Assembly: GCA_963719315.1 (NCBI GenBank)
Contig: CAVRBU010000001.1
Span: forward strand, 224,001-288,000
Source: an uncultured Planctomycetota bacterium
GTDB lineage: Bacteria > Planctomycetota > Planctomycetia > Pirellulales > Lacipirellulaceae
Length of the DNA: 64,000 bases
Direction of reading: 5' to 3'
Positions 40,783 to 51,565 of the stretch are shown piece after piece. The notes below the pieces were generated by a model. That model was given only the letters and a program-made list of their open reading frames with translations, ran no database searches and was not told the DNA's origin. Positions within the stretch are counted from its first letter, which is position 1, and every line of letters starts with the position of its first letter. The position numbers and the translations under genes are program-made.

Positions 40783-42785
40783 TCAACCGATAATCACGCG
40801 CGGCTGCTTGGCCGGATCAGGTTCGGCTTTCAGAATCAGCTCACGCACCAGCCAGGGCACGTTGCCTTCGCCGAACAGCAGGAAGCCCAGATTGGCGGCG
40901 AGCGGGCTCTCGCCGGACCAGCCGAAGTGGATTTCGGGCGGCTTGCCCGTTTTCGACAGTTCAAGCGCTACCGTTGCCACGGCGTGTGCCACCGATACGC
41001 ACCGCGTTAGCTTCAGCAGGAATCTCTCATCCTGCTCGGTCACTTCGATCATCGGATTGTGTTGGAACTCGCTCGGATCGCCGACGGTTGCTTCCACGAA
41101 CACGATCGGAACATTCCGGCCTAACCGGTGCACGCGGCGAATTTTTTCATCTTTCTGGGCAATCGTGTGGTGACCGGGCCGATGCGGCACGAGTACGGGA
41201 AACTCCAAATGCCGCAGCGCATCCCACAGAAACCGCGAAGTGTCATCGACGAAATCGAATTTATCGAACCGCAGTTCGGTGCTCCTCCGCGTGCGGGAGA
41301 TGATGGAAAACACGAGCACCGCCAGAATAAACGCCCCGGCGATTTTGATGCCGTCCGGCTTTTCGATAATGATGCACACGGTCGTATAGAAAAAAACAAG
41401 CATCACCGCGAAGTAGCCCCAGTGGAGCCGCTGCCACCATGGCCCGCTCCTTTTGAGCCACTGGTCGATCAACACGGCGACCGCGCCGCTGGACATCAAT
41501 ACCATTACGCCGGTCGCGTAAGCTCCACCCTGGGCGATGACGCTCGCGCCGAAGATCAGCGTCACAATGATGTTGATGAACGTGAAGTGGATTACCAGCC
41601 ACCGCACGGCTTCGGCCCACCGCGGGGCCATGCCGAATCGAGGCAAGTATCGGGGCACCAGGTTCAACAACCCCGACATCGCACTCGCGCCCGCAAACCA
41701 CAGAATCGCGACCGTGCTGATATCGTAGATCGTGCCGAAAATCGGGCCAAACATGGGGTTAAGCAAAAGTCGCGTATCCCCATGAGCGACGTACGCAAGC
41801 GCCGGTTAGCGGCCCGACCCTCGGTAAATAGTGCCTTTGGGTCAATGAGCATCGACGTTACGATGCTCGAGCCCAACAGCATGCAGGACATGATGAGCGC
41901 GGCCGTCATCAGCAATTTGCGGGTGTTTCGAATCCGCCCTTGCGGGTGGTGGGGATCATCGCCGTGATCGCCGCGCACGAGTGGCATCACGGCCACGCCC
42001 GTTTCAAAGCCGCTCAGACCGAGGGCCAACTTCGGAAAGAAAATCAAGCATGCAAGCACCGCGGCGCCCAGTCCGCTCCCTTCGTGCCTCATATGCCATT
42101 TGCCGTCCAATATGGAGTGGTACCACGCCACTACTAACCAGGGATGAAATACGAGATAAGTAATGCCGCTCGCGATCACGATCACATTGAGGACCAGATA
42201 GATGCCCACAATCACGACGGCGATAGCAATGACTTCTTTAAACCCGCGTAGAAACATCGCCCCCAACAGCAACAACATTCCTATCGTTAGTGCCATTTGG
42301 CTTTGCATGAAGCCGGGCATGCCCGTCCAAAACGGGTTGTGAATTAGGTGCTCGGCTGCATCCGCAGCGGAAAGCGTTTGGGTGATGATGAAATCGGTCG
42401 CGGCGAAACCGAGGAGTACGAGCACCAAGAACTTGGCAGTCCACCCATGGAGCAGCCGCTCCAGCATCGAGATCGAACCGTGCCCGAGCGGTGACTCTTC
42501 AGCCACGCGCGAGTAGACCGGCAGCGCACAGCACAACGTGACGGCGATCAGCACGATCGTCGCGAGAGGCGCGAGCAGTCCCACCGCCTCGAACGCGATC
42601 GAGGGCTGGTAGCCCAGGGTGCTGAAATAGTCCACGCCGGTGAGGCACATTACCCAAAGCCAAAAGCTCTGGTGCTCCGGCGGCTGCAATACCTGCGTAG
42701 AAGGCGTCAGCTGTCGGATATCCACCGAGTCCAGGGAGTCGGTGTACTTCTTTGGAGGAGCGGCGTGGACGCCGGGGAAAGTCAT
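40783..42785 (-). CDS. APC-superfamily transporter with C-terminal soluble domain, apparent frameshift near 41800
   Basis: [23 protein letters not shown]; adding one G gives [10 protein letters not shown] continuing into ORF 40783..41766 (QGGAYATGV). Confidence 0.82.
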
Positions 42786-42955
42786 TTCGGCGCGCTCTTG
42801 GCAACGTTGGCAGCCTGACTTCGGAAGCGTTCGGCCTGACGAAGCAGCCGCAATTTTGCGGGCTTGCTCTGGCGGGTTCGAGCCAACCTTTGGTACTTAT
42901 CCGCAAGCGCCGTTTTTACTTCAACCAGGTTCTTCGCTTGTGATTTCTTGGTCAC
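42782..42955 (-). CDS. Small basic helical protein (57 aa)
   Basis: AGGAG RBS before GTG; stop overlaps the transporter start (ATGA). Confidence 0.6.
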   Translation of the reverse strand: MTKKSQAKNLVEVKTALADKYQRLARTRQSKPAKLRLLRQAERFRSQAANVAKSAPK

Positions 42956-43086
42956 GACATAACTCCTACTCGCCAGTTTGATTCTTTCGCAATTCAACGG
43001 AAGTTTAACTGTTAATGTCCGCCAATGAGATCAAAAATTGCATCGATATTTGTTTGTTGGCTTACAATTAGCGGTTAACTCCTCTT

Positions 43087-43862
43087 TCAATCCTTCAACT
43101 CCGCAAACCGTTGTTCGAGTACTTCGAGTCCCGCTCGCAAGCAGTCAATATCGCCGAATACGCTGAACAATTGACAGCCCAATTCTCGGCAGACGCGCAC
43201 GTGTTCCATATCGCGCAGAGAATTCCCCACGGCTTGCCGGCCTTTTTCGCGCCGGCCGCCACTTTTTTCAGCGCCGCGATACACTTGGGGTGCATGAAAT
43301 CGCCCGGCACGCCGAGTGTCACCGACAAGTCGGCCGGTCCCACGAACAACCAATCGACACCCTCAACGGCCGCGATCTGGTCCACGATTTCAACCGCTTC
43401 AGGCGTCTCGATTTGAATGGATACCCAGCGGTCGCGATTGGCGGCCGCGACATGTTCCGCCAGTCCTGTTTTGCCAAACTGGCACTCGATATTCCCGGTA
43501 AATGTGCCGCGCACACCGATCGGCGGATACTTAGCCCATTGCACCGCTTGTTTGACTTCATCGAGCTTGCGGACCTGCGCGATCATCACGCCGCTGCAGC
43601 CGGCCTCGAAAGGACGCATGATGGTTGCGTAATCGGTCGGAGGCACACGAGCGAACGCATCCATCCCGGTTGCACGGCAGGCCATCAACAACAATTCCAA
43701 TTCGTGGTGCGGAATCGCGGTGTGTTCCTGGTCGAACCAGAAGCCGTGGAAATCCCCCAGCGTGCCTAACAATTCGATCGTCCGTGGCGTCGCGTACCCC
43801 ACGACGTGCATCGTGCGGACGATCTTCCCCGCTGCGAGCAGCTCTTTAATGATGTTTGTCAT
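43087..43862 (-). CDS. HpcH/HpaI aldolase family, apparent frameshift near 43214
   Basis: DQEH, KYPPIGVRG, QIET, FVGPADLS; C-terminus CRELGCQLFS in the adjacent frame. Confidence 0.88.
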
Positions 43863-44437
43863 CGACGTGTAGGTCAGACTTTTCAGCCCGACATGTGGTT
43901 TGAGGGCGTCGGGCCAGAAATCCCGACGTAAGGACAACGAAGATGTTGACAGAAGACAGGCGATACCGCAAGCCGATAGGCAGTTTTTATGCGGTAATAG
44001 GCGTGTTAAAGCCCGGCCGTCGGTTTCGACGAGCGGCCAACACCAATCCTCCGCATAAAAAGAGAAGTGCGCTCGCGGGCTCGGGTACAACAATCGTAGT
44101 CAACTCACCCGCGGCAGCGCCAGAAGATATCGCATTTCGCCAGATGACATAGTCCGCTGCGTCGACGAGCCCATTCCCGTTGGCGTCAGCCGCGGGGTTC
44201 GTTGTAGAGCCGAAGTTATTCCGCCACACGGCGTAATCGCTCGACGTTACCGATCCACTGAAATTGAAATCGCCTGCCAGCACCGGAATTCGCACGGCGC
44301 GCTGGATTGTTACCAGATCGCCGTTGTATACAGGCATGCTCTCAAATCCTGTTCCCTGAAATGGCGGATAGTTTGGCAGAAAAGGGATCTGGTCGATGAT
44401 ATTCGTGCCTAATGTGACTTTGCCAAGTACCGTATAG

Positions 44438-45994
44438 CAGCCTGTTGAAGAAGTCTCCTTTGGATAGACTTTCGCTAACGACGGCATGGCGCATAAATTG
44501 TCGCCTGCGGTTGGCGTGGATGCCAGTGTAAGAGCGATTATTGTTTTGCTCAGGCATCCGCAGAGCCGAATTGAGGAGATCACGGATGGCGTTGGGACAC
44601 CGCAACCAAGAGCAGCAGTCGTCCTTCTGGATCCCGGTGGACCAGTTGCCGCGGTCGGAAGGGCAAGTGTTTTACGGCAAGCTCAATCAATTGCTGCGAG
44701 CAGCCGGCTTCGACGAGTTCGTCGAAAGGCTCTGTGAGCCGTACTATCACGAAACGATGGGGCGGCCCGGCATTCCGCCGGGCGTCTACTTCCGGATGCT
44801 GTTGGTGGGCTACTTCGAGGGCCTCGGCTCGCAGCGGGGCATCGCCTGGCGGTGTGCCGACAGTCTCAGCTTGCGAGAATTTCTGGGCGTCCCGCTCGGC
44901 GAAGAGACGCCTGACCATTCGAGCCTGACGCGGGTCCGCGACCGACTGCCGTTGTCGGTTCATCGGCAAGTATTCTGCTTCGTGCTCGAGGTGGCTGAGC
45001 AGCAAGGCCTGCTCGCCGGCAAGACGGTGGGCGTCGACGCCACGACCCTGGAGGCCGACGCGGCCATGAAGAGCATCGTCAGGCGCGACACGGGCGAGGA
45101 CTGGCAGGAGTATGTTCGGCGTCTGATGCAGGAAGCAGGCCAGATCGAGCCGGGCGACGAACCCTCAGCCGAGGAGATTGCTCGGTTCGATCGCCAGCGC
45201 AAGGACAAAAAGGTCTCGAACCAAGAATGGCAGAGCGAAACCGACCCAGACAGCCGGATCACCCGGATGAAGGACGGCCGCACGCATCTGGCCTACAAGG
45301 CCGAACACGTCGTCGATCTGGACACGGAGCTGATCCTGGCGGCCGAGATCTATCACGCCAACGCGGCCGACGTGGACACGATCGGCCCGAGCCTCAGCCA
45401 AGCGCAAGACAACTTGATTCAAGCCGACAGCGACGCGGACATCGAGGAGACGGTGGCGGACAAAGGCTACTCGGGGAACGAGACGCTGGCCGAATTGGAA
45501 TTCACCGAGGGTCTACGAACGTACATCGCCGAACCACAGCACGCGCATCGTCGCAATTGGAAAAACAAAGCGGACGAAGAGCGTCGGGCGGTGACGGGCA
45601 ACCGCCGCCGGGTCAAAGGAAAGCGAGGACGTGCTCTACAGCGCGAGAGGAGTGAGAAGGTCGAGCGGAGTTTCGCCCACGTCTGCGAGACGGGCGGCAG
45701 TCGGCGAACGTGGCTGCATGGTATCGAGAAAGTGAGAAAGCGATACCTGACGTCGGCCATGGCACGCAATCTGGGCCTCGTCCTGCGCCACTTGTTCGGA
45801 ATCGGCACGGCCAGGAGCCTGCAAGGGAACGGCGGGCTTGCCGACGCCTTGCATGTTGTGTTGTTTAACACCCTGGCCGCGCTGGAGCGTCTGCTGACGC
45901 CCACGCCGCCGACCGGCCGACAAAAATCAACCATCAACCAACCGCTCGCGTTGGCTGCCTAAAATCACCAAATACCAACTTCTTCAACAGGCTG
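44438..45994 (+). mobile_element. IS1182-family insertion sequence, 1557 bp
   Basis: Perfect 17-bp TIR CAGCCTGTTGAAGAAGT / ACTTCTTCAACAGGCTG; ATAG duplicated at 44434-37 and 45995-98. Confidence 0.92.
44586..45962 (+). CDS. IS1182-family DDE transposase
   Basis: GRPGIPP, PDHSSL, VDATTLEA, TDPDSR, ADKGY, VERSFA. Confidence 0.9.
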   Translation: MALGHRNQEQQSSFWIPVDQLPRSEGQVFYGKLNQLLRAAGFDEFVERLCEPYYHETMGRPGIPPGVYFRMLLVGYFEGLGSQRGIAWRCADSLSLREFLGVPLGEETPDHSSLTRVRDRLPLSVHRQVFCFVLEVAEQQGLLAGKTVGVDATTLEADAAMKSIVRRDTGEDWQEYVRRLMQEAGQIEPGDEPSAEEIARFDRQRKDKKVSNQEWQSETDPDSRITRMKDGRTHLAYKAEHVVDLDTELILAAEIYHANAADVDTIGPSLSQAQDNLIQADSDADIEETVADKGYSGNETLAELEFTEGLRTYIAEPQHAHRRNWKNKADEERRAVTGNRRRVKGKRGRALQRERSEKVERSFAHVCETGGSRRTWLHGIEKVRKRYLTSAMARNLGLVLRHLFGIGTARSLQGNGGLADALHVVLFNTLAALERLLTPTPPTGRQKSTINQPLALAA

Positions 45995-46110
45995 ATAGGG
46001 ACCTGCATCGAACGCGGCGGCATTATTGGTTTGATTGATAAACCAACCGCTCGTCGCACTGTTGGGATTGGACGTGCGCGCGGCAGCTAACGTTCGAGGT
46101 GATTTATTCT

Positions 46111-46276
46111 GGTGATTTCAAACTTCAAATGCAACAAACGCATCACCGCTGATTTCAAGTGGTTTTCGAGTGCTGGCGATGATTCCCCGAGAATTCCAGA
46201 TTCAAATTGCTAGCAGCCTCGAAAATCAACCGACGAATCAGCCTCCAAGGTGTTGCAATTGAAGTTCGACATCACC
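46111..46276. mobile_element. MITE / internally deleted IS remnant, 166 bp
   Basis: 26-bp TIR (23/26) GGTGATTTCAAACTTCAAATGCAACA / TGTTGCAATTGAAGTTCGACATCACC; TTCT on both flanks. Confidence 0.75.
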
Positions 46277-46396
46277 TTCTGAATTACTTCCTCAGAACCA
46301 GATTAGCGGGCCGGCAAGAATTTGTCGAATGATTGCTTGTGAGTCAATTAAACACTGCGATATTAGTCGATCCATCCGACGGAAGTTTGCCGAGGA

Positions 46397-48118
46397 TCAA
46401 ACCTGTCCACGTATTGTCGCACGTCGGCTTCGTCGCGCCGCGAGTGGCAATGCACCGTAGAGAAGGAGTATGGCACTCCCCGGCTCCGGTACAGTGCGCG
46501 ACGCCAAACTGCTTCCCGAGCCGGCGCCGCTTGTGTTGCCTCGCAGGTTGCCAAAATTGGCGCGCCAGAGGTTGTAGTCCAACGCATCTATTTTGCCATC
46601 GCCGTTGCCGTCGGCGCCAGAGTAAGGCGTGACGTTGTTGAGCCCGTTGGTTTTCCGCCACACGACGTAGTCCGCCGTGTCCACGACGCCGTTGCGATTG
46701 AAATCGGCCGCTACCACGCTGAGCGTGAAAGCCGTCGATGTCTTGCTGACGTTCCAGACATCACCTGCCGGCAGCAGCGGTAGATCGTAAGATCCAAACG
46801 TGCCGATGATCGAAGAGGCGGTCAGAACCGTAAATGAATTTCCGGCAGCTGGTACAAAACCGGTTAATAACGACACGCTGAGCTGGCCATCCAAGAAGGC
46901 CGTGCCGGTGGCGATGAGGCGGTCGTATTGCGTGTCCGCATATTGCTGCCCCGCCGGCGTGGCTGATGCGATCTGGATCTCCAGCGCGCCATCGAAGTAT
47001 TGCTTATAGTCCGATTGAACCGTGGCCGACCCAACCTGCAGGCCGGGCGCAACCGTTCCGTGATTAAACAGTGCGCGGTTGAGCGCGAAGCCTTCGCGAA
47101 TCCCGAGTCTCCTCCCAGACCCAATCGTCAGCATGCCGGTCGTCGGTGTGCTGGCGCCAGTGAAAACTGTGCCTGTATCAATGAACGCGTCTCGCGAGGT
47201 GAACGCGATCCCGGCTATCGGCACAGTGGTCGTTAAACCGCTGCCCAAATAATCGACTTGAGTCGCTTTCTCGAGCACGACCAAAATATCGTTAGAACCC
47301 CCGTGAAGAAACGGAACTCCGTCGGTCACATTGCCGTTTGCGTCCTCATCAAAAAAAAACGGACCTCCATCGCGAAACCCATCATCGTCTACGTCCGGAT
47401 TCAGGTTGGCAATCGAAAGCGTGTTGAACGCATTGAATAGCGTCATGCCATCCCCAGCAACCTCGCCAAAGACAGTGAATCCGCCATCAACACTATCCAA
47501 GTTGGTGTTATCTGCCAGGTTTACGAACCACTGGTTCGACGCGCTATTTGGCTGGCCGCCGATTCGCGCCATCGCAATCGTGCCGGTGAGATTCGAGCGT
47601 ATGGGCGCCTGATTATGTTCATTCACGACTGTTGGATTAGCAGTCGCGAGGTTTCCATCCAGGTCGATCACGGCATTTGGATCGAGCGACACATTGAGGG
47701 GCGCTAACTCCTGCACAAAGTTCGGCCAAAACCCGCCACCTTGAAGGACGAAGTTTCTCGAAAGCCGATGCATGATCGATCCATTGTAGTTGCCGTGCGT
47801 GACCGTGTTGTTGACGTAGTTCAAGAAATTGGCCGTCGTGAGCGGCTTGTCGTCGAAGAGCTCAAGAAACACCGTATCACGAGCGCGGGGATTCAGAGTC
47901 AGATTGTAATCCAACATTACGTACTGACTGGCGGTCGCCCGCGTCGAAACCAGGCAGGCTAGAACCGTGATTGCGACGGTGAGAGTCAGCGCTCGCCCTG
48001 CACACCCACAAAACAAGTAGCCAGCGGGCTTGGGTGGCCGACAATCTGAAAAACTCTTCTCGGCGGACGCTCTCGGCACCAAGGAATAGGCGCAAAACTG
48101 CCTCAAAAACATGCCCAT
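46397..48118 (-). CDS. Secreted cyclophilin-type PPIase with beta-rich passenger-like segment, dockerin-like repeats and PEP-CTERM (start may be later)
   Basis: PLTTANFLNYV, HRLSRNFVLQGGG, GTIAMAR, QWFVNL, FTVFGEV; DFNRNGVVD/DGNGDGKID; VPEPGS plus TM and RRSRR. Confidence 0.88.
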   Translation of the reverse strand: MGMFLRQFCAYSLVPRASAEKSFSDCRPPKPAGYLFCGCAGRALTLTVAITVLACLVSTRATASQYVMLDYNLTLNPRARDTVFLELFDDKPLTTANFLNYVNNTVTHGNYNGSIMHRLSRNFVLQGGGFWPNFVQELAPLNVSLDPNAVIDLDGNLATANPTVVNEHNQAPIRSNLTGTIAMARIGGQPNSASNQWFVNLADNTNLDSVDGGFTVFGEVAGDGMTLFNAFNTLSIANLNPDVDDDGFRDGGPFFFDEDANGNVTDGVPFLHGGSNDILVVLEKATQVDYLGSGLTTTVPIAGIAFTSRDAFIDTGTVFTGASTPTTGMLTIGSGRRLGIREGFALNRALFNHGTVAPGLQVGSATVQSDYKQYFDGALEIQIASATPAGQQYADTQYDRLIATGTAFLDGQLSVSLLTGFVPAAGNSFTVLTASSIIGTFGSYDLPLLPAGDVWNVSKTSTAFTLSVVAADFNRNGVVDTADYVVWRKTNGLNNVTPYSGADGNGDGKIDALDYNLWRANFGNLRGNTSGAGSGSSLASRTVPEPGSAILLLYGALPLAARRSRRATIRGQV

Positions 48119-48331
48119 AGTCGTCTGTTCCTCGCGGCGGCGCAGATTGCGAAGTTCTGGCTGCGGCCCGCCAATGGCCTCGATCCTTTCAGCCTACTCG
48201 CGGCTTACAAAACTGTCCAATAAACCCCTCCCGTCAGAGTCGGTTTATTCGTTAGAATAGGCCGTTTTCCACAATCAATACGCCGCAGCCCGCCGCCAGA
48301 CAGTCTGCGTATCGAAACGCCCAGGTGAACC

Positions 48332-49645
48332 ATGAACGCTGCTTTCCCCGAGGTTGAACGTATCCGCTACGAAGGCCCCAAATCCACAAACCCGCTGGCC
48401 TTCCACCACTACAACGCGGACGAAAGAGTCGGCGGCAAAACGATGAAGGACCATTTGCGGTTCAGCGTCGTTTACTGGCACACGTTTCGTGGAACCGGCG
48501 CCGACCCGTTCGGCCCGGGTTGCGCCGTGCGGCCCTGGGAAGACGGCACGGACTCGGTCGAGAACGCCCAGAACCGAGCCCGGGTAGCGTTCGAGTTCAT
48601 GGAGAAACTCGGCAACCCGTTTTACGCGTTCCACGATCGCGACGTCGCCCCGGAAGGTTCAAATCTCGCCGAAACGAATCGCAACCTCGATGCCGTGGTG
48701 AAAGTGCTCAAAGCAGAGCAGAAGCGAACCGGTATCAATCTACTGTGGGGCACCGCCAATCTTTTCAGCAATCGCCGGTACATGCACGGGGCCGCGACTA
48801 GTCCGAATTGCGAGGCATTTGCGTTCGCCGCCGCCCAAGTGAAGAAAGCTCTCGAAGTGACCAAGGAGCTCGGCGGTGGTGGCTACACGTTTTGGGGCGG
48901 CCGCGAAGGCTACCACAATTTGTGGAACACCAACATGAAGCGCGAGCTCGAGCATCTCGCGCGGTTCCTCCACATGGCGGTCGACTACGCCAAAGAGATT
49001 GGCTTCACCGGCCAGTTCTACATCGAGCCCAAGCCGAAGGAACCCACCAAGCACCAATACGACGCCGACGCCGCGGCCTGCGCCAATTTTCTCCGAGAGT
49101 ATGATCTCATCGACCACTTGAAGTTGAACTTAGAAACAAACCACGCCACACTCGCCGGCCACTCGATGCAGCACGAAATGGAAGTTGCCGGCAGCTCCGG
49201 CATCTTGGGCTCGATCGATGCCAACACGGGCGACATGCTCCTCGGCTGGGACACCGACCAGTTCCCGACCGACATCTATCTCACCACGCAGTGCATGTAC
49301 ACGCTGCTTAAGTACGGCGGCTTCACCACCGGCGGCGTCAACTTCGACGCCAAGGTCCGCCGTGAAAGCTTCGAGCCGGTCGACCTGTTCCACGCCCACA
49401 TCGGCGGCATGGACGCCTTCGCCCGCGGCCTCAAAATCGCCCACGAAATGCGCGAGGAAGGCAAACTCGAAGAACTACTCCGCGACCGCTACTCAAGCTG
49501 GGACACCGGCCTCGGCAAGGAAATCGAGTCCGGCAAGCACAGCTTCAAGTCGCTCGAAAAGATCATGCTCGAAAAAGGCGACGCAACCCCGAACCGCAGC
49601 GGGCGGCAGGAGATGATTGAGAATCTGATTAATACGTATTTGTAG
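48332..49645 (+). CDS. xylA: Xylose isomerase
   Basis: [43 protein letters not shown]. Confidence 0.97.
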   Translation: MNAAFPEVERIRYEGPKSTNPLAFHHYNADERVGGKTMKDHLRFSVVYWHTFRGTGADPFGPGCAVRPWEDGTDSVENAQNRARVAFEFMEKLGNPFYAFHDRDVAPEGSNLAETNRNLDAVVKVLKAEQKRTGINLLWGTANLFSNRRYMHGAATSPNCEAFAFAAAQVKKALEVTKELGGGGYTFWGGREGYHNLWNTNMKRELEHLARFLHMAVDYAKEIGFTGQFYIEPKPKEPTKHQYDADAAACANFLREYDLIDHLKLNLETNHATLAGHSMQHEMEVAGSSGILGSIDANTGDMLLGWDTDQFPTDIYLTTQCMYTLLKYGGFTTGGVNFDAKVRRESFEPVDLFHAHIGGMDAFARGLKIAHEMREEGKLEELLRDRYSSWDTGLGKEIESGKHSFKSLEKIMLEKGDATPNRSGRQEMIENLINTYL

Positions 49646-49671
49646 GACGGACAGGATTGTCCGTCTTACAA
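49640..49671. repeat. GTAG-type REP-like hairpin between convergent genes (possible bidirectional terminator)
   Basis: TTGTAGGACGGACA-ggat-TGTCCGTCTTACAA, 13/14 complementary. Confidence 0.7.
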
Positions 49672-49680
49672 GTTGTGCCC

Positions 49681-50457
49681 TTACGCCGCTGCGGAAAGTG
49701 CGCTTGGCTGGGCCGCACTCGCCTTTCGAACAACAGCTATAAGCGATAACCCGAACGGAATCGGAATGCGCCCTAACACGTTCGCTTCGCTTCGCATGAC
49801 TTGAGCGAGGAGATCGTTGATCCATCGCGGTGGAATCGATAAGTCACCGGTTTTGCCGCACCGCGGAACGAACTTGCTCGCCAGTCGCACTGCCGCCGCG
49901 GGCGGGAACAAGAGCGCATTGTAGTGGCTTAACAAAACGGTTCGAGCGCCGGCGTTTTTCCACAAGTCGGCAAACCGCGGTTTACCGTAGCGGCGGAAGT
50001 GGTGGTGATGCGCGTCGCGCGGCGAGTAGAGCCATTGGTACGCGGGCACGGTCGCGACGACGACGCCGCCGGATCGCAATAGACTCAGAGCAATCTGTGC
50101 CGACGCCGCATCTTCTTCGATGTGCTCTAGCACGTCGGTCAGGAGCACAACATCGAAACTAGCCGGCGGCAAGTCGATCTCATAAGGCAGTTGGCCGAAG
50201 CGTACCCGGTCACCTAACGTCTCCCGTGCGTATGCCAGCGCCTGCGGCGAACATTCGACGCCGACGACATCGTGCTTCTCTGCGACAGCAGCAAGATTGC
50301 CGCCCGTGCCGCAGCCGAGCTCGCAAATTTTCAGCCGCCGGCCGGGCTCACCGCCGATATAGCGCTGCACCATCGACCACACGATTTTTCGCCGCGCGCG
50401 AAACCACCAATGGGTTTGTTCAACGCGATGCAGTTCGTCGTAGAGAGTTTCTTCCAC
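49681..50457 (-). CDS. Class I SAM-dependent methyltransferase
   Basis: HWWFRARR, ELGCGTG, DVLEHI, TVPAY, HFRRY; GTG start. Confidence 0.88.
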   Translation of the reverse strand: MEETLYDELHRVEQTHWWFRARRKIVWSMVQRYIGGEPGRRLKICELGCGTGGNLAAVAEKHDVVGVECSPQALAYARETLGDRVRFGQLPYEIDLPPASFDVVLLTDVLEHIEEDAASAQIALSLLRSGGVVVATVPAYQWLYSPRDAHHHHFRRYGKPRFADLWKNAGARTVLLSHYNALLFPPAAAVRLASKFVPRCGKTGDLSIPPRWINDLLAQVMRSEANVLGRIPIPFGLSLIAVVRKASAAQPSALSAAA

Positions 50458-50459
50458 GG

Positions 50460-51314
50460 TCAGGCTGCGTCTCGATGTTGGATGTTGGATCTTGGATGCT
50501 CAAAGAGCTGTGGTACGTCGCTTGTCGGCTTAGCGCCCTGCCGCATATAGCGCCAGTAAATCGCCGCCAGATCGATCGCCGCCACGAGAAAATCGCGGGC
50601 CTTGAGTCGTGACCCGCCCACGTCCTGCCAGCGATCGAGCGGAGACTCGTAGATCCGTTCGTGGACTGGAATCGTGTTTGACGACACTTCGCTGTTCGCG
50701 ATCATCCGGGCTAGTATCTCCACATCGAATATCCATCGCGCGCCGAACGGTTGCGAAAACAACTCGGCCGTTTCCGATGTCGCACGAAACAATTTGGCGC
50801 CACATTGCGAGTCGTATACAGGCAGCCGCAAGACCATCGATGCGGCCGTAGCGAATGCGCGGCCCAAAATGTGCCGCGTTGTGTTCCGCCGAATCTGACG
50901 ACCCAAGAGCGCAACTCGGCTTCCCATCACGAGCGAGAGTTCCGGCCGGGCACGCAGGACATCGCAAAACTGCGGAATCACGTTCAGCGGCGTCGCCAGG
51001 TCCGCGTCCCAATATCCGACAAATTCAGGTCGCCGCCGCAGCGCGAATTGCACACCACGTCTCACGGTTTCGGCCTTTCCCACGTTCGCCGCCAATCGAA
51101 GCGCACATATCTGTTTCGGGTGGCGCTGCCGCAATCGCTCCGTTACGAGGGGCGTATCATCCGTGCTCCCGTCGTCGACAAAATACAGCGAGACACTTTT
51201 GCAGCCGTCGAGAAACTCATTGAATGCCTCCACATCCAGTCGTTTCGCCTCGTTGAAACAAGGCACGACGACGATGGCGTCTTGTCGGCGGTTTGAATCG
51301 ATCGAGTGAATCAT
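50460..51314 (-). CDS. GT2 polyprenyl-phosphate glycosyltransferase (DPG/DPM-synthase-like)
   Basis: VPCFNEAKRL, DDGSTD, GKAETVRRG, WDADLATP, DSQCGAKLF, WIFDVE; start approximate. Confidence 0.88.
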   Translation of the reverse strand: MIHSIDSNRRQDAIVVVPCFNEAKRLDVEAFNEFLDGCKSVSLYFVDDGSTDDTPLVTERLRQRHPKQICALRLAANVGKAETVRRGVQFALRRRPEFVGYWDADLATPLNVIPQFCDVLRARPELSLVMGSRVALLGRQIRRNTTRHILGRAFATAASMVLRLPVYDSQCGAKLFRATSETAELFSQPFGARWIFDVEILARMIANSEVSSNTIPVHERIYESPLDRWQDVGGSRLKARDFLVAAIDLAAIYWRYMRQGAKPTSDVPQLFEHPRSNIQHRDAA

Positions 51315-51565
51315 TGCAACGGATAGAGTCATAGCAGCGGGCGGCCCGCCTGCCGCAATTTCAAGCGTTGAGCCACATATTGTCACGTAATCGTGAGGTG
51401 AGGCGATCACGCAAACCATACGCACCCTCGCTGCTGGCTGCAACGTCGTTGCGCGCAGCACGCGATGCAAGCATCCGTTGACCTTGTTTTTTTTGAGCCT
51501 CTCGGCTAACTTTCCGCACTCGCCCTGCCCTCCCGTTTCGACATCCGCCTGGCAGACCTGCTCCA

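Larger units (their letters stand above)
43987..46099 (-). pseudogene. Cyclophilin-type PPIase - dockerin-like - PEP-CTERM gene, IS-interrupted and 5'-truncated
   Basis: Removing IS 44438-45994 and one ATAG gives PRTLAAARTSNPNSATSGWFINQTNNAAAFDAGPYTVLGKVTLG...GDFNFSG..ADANGNG..VPEPAS plus TM and basic tail. Confidence 0.85.

Noticed and set aside
44438..44583. N-terminal part of ORF 43987..44583
   Set aside because: It is the IS1182 left end read on the opposite strand; the real upstream coding sequence lies beyond 45998
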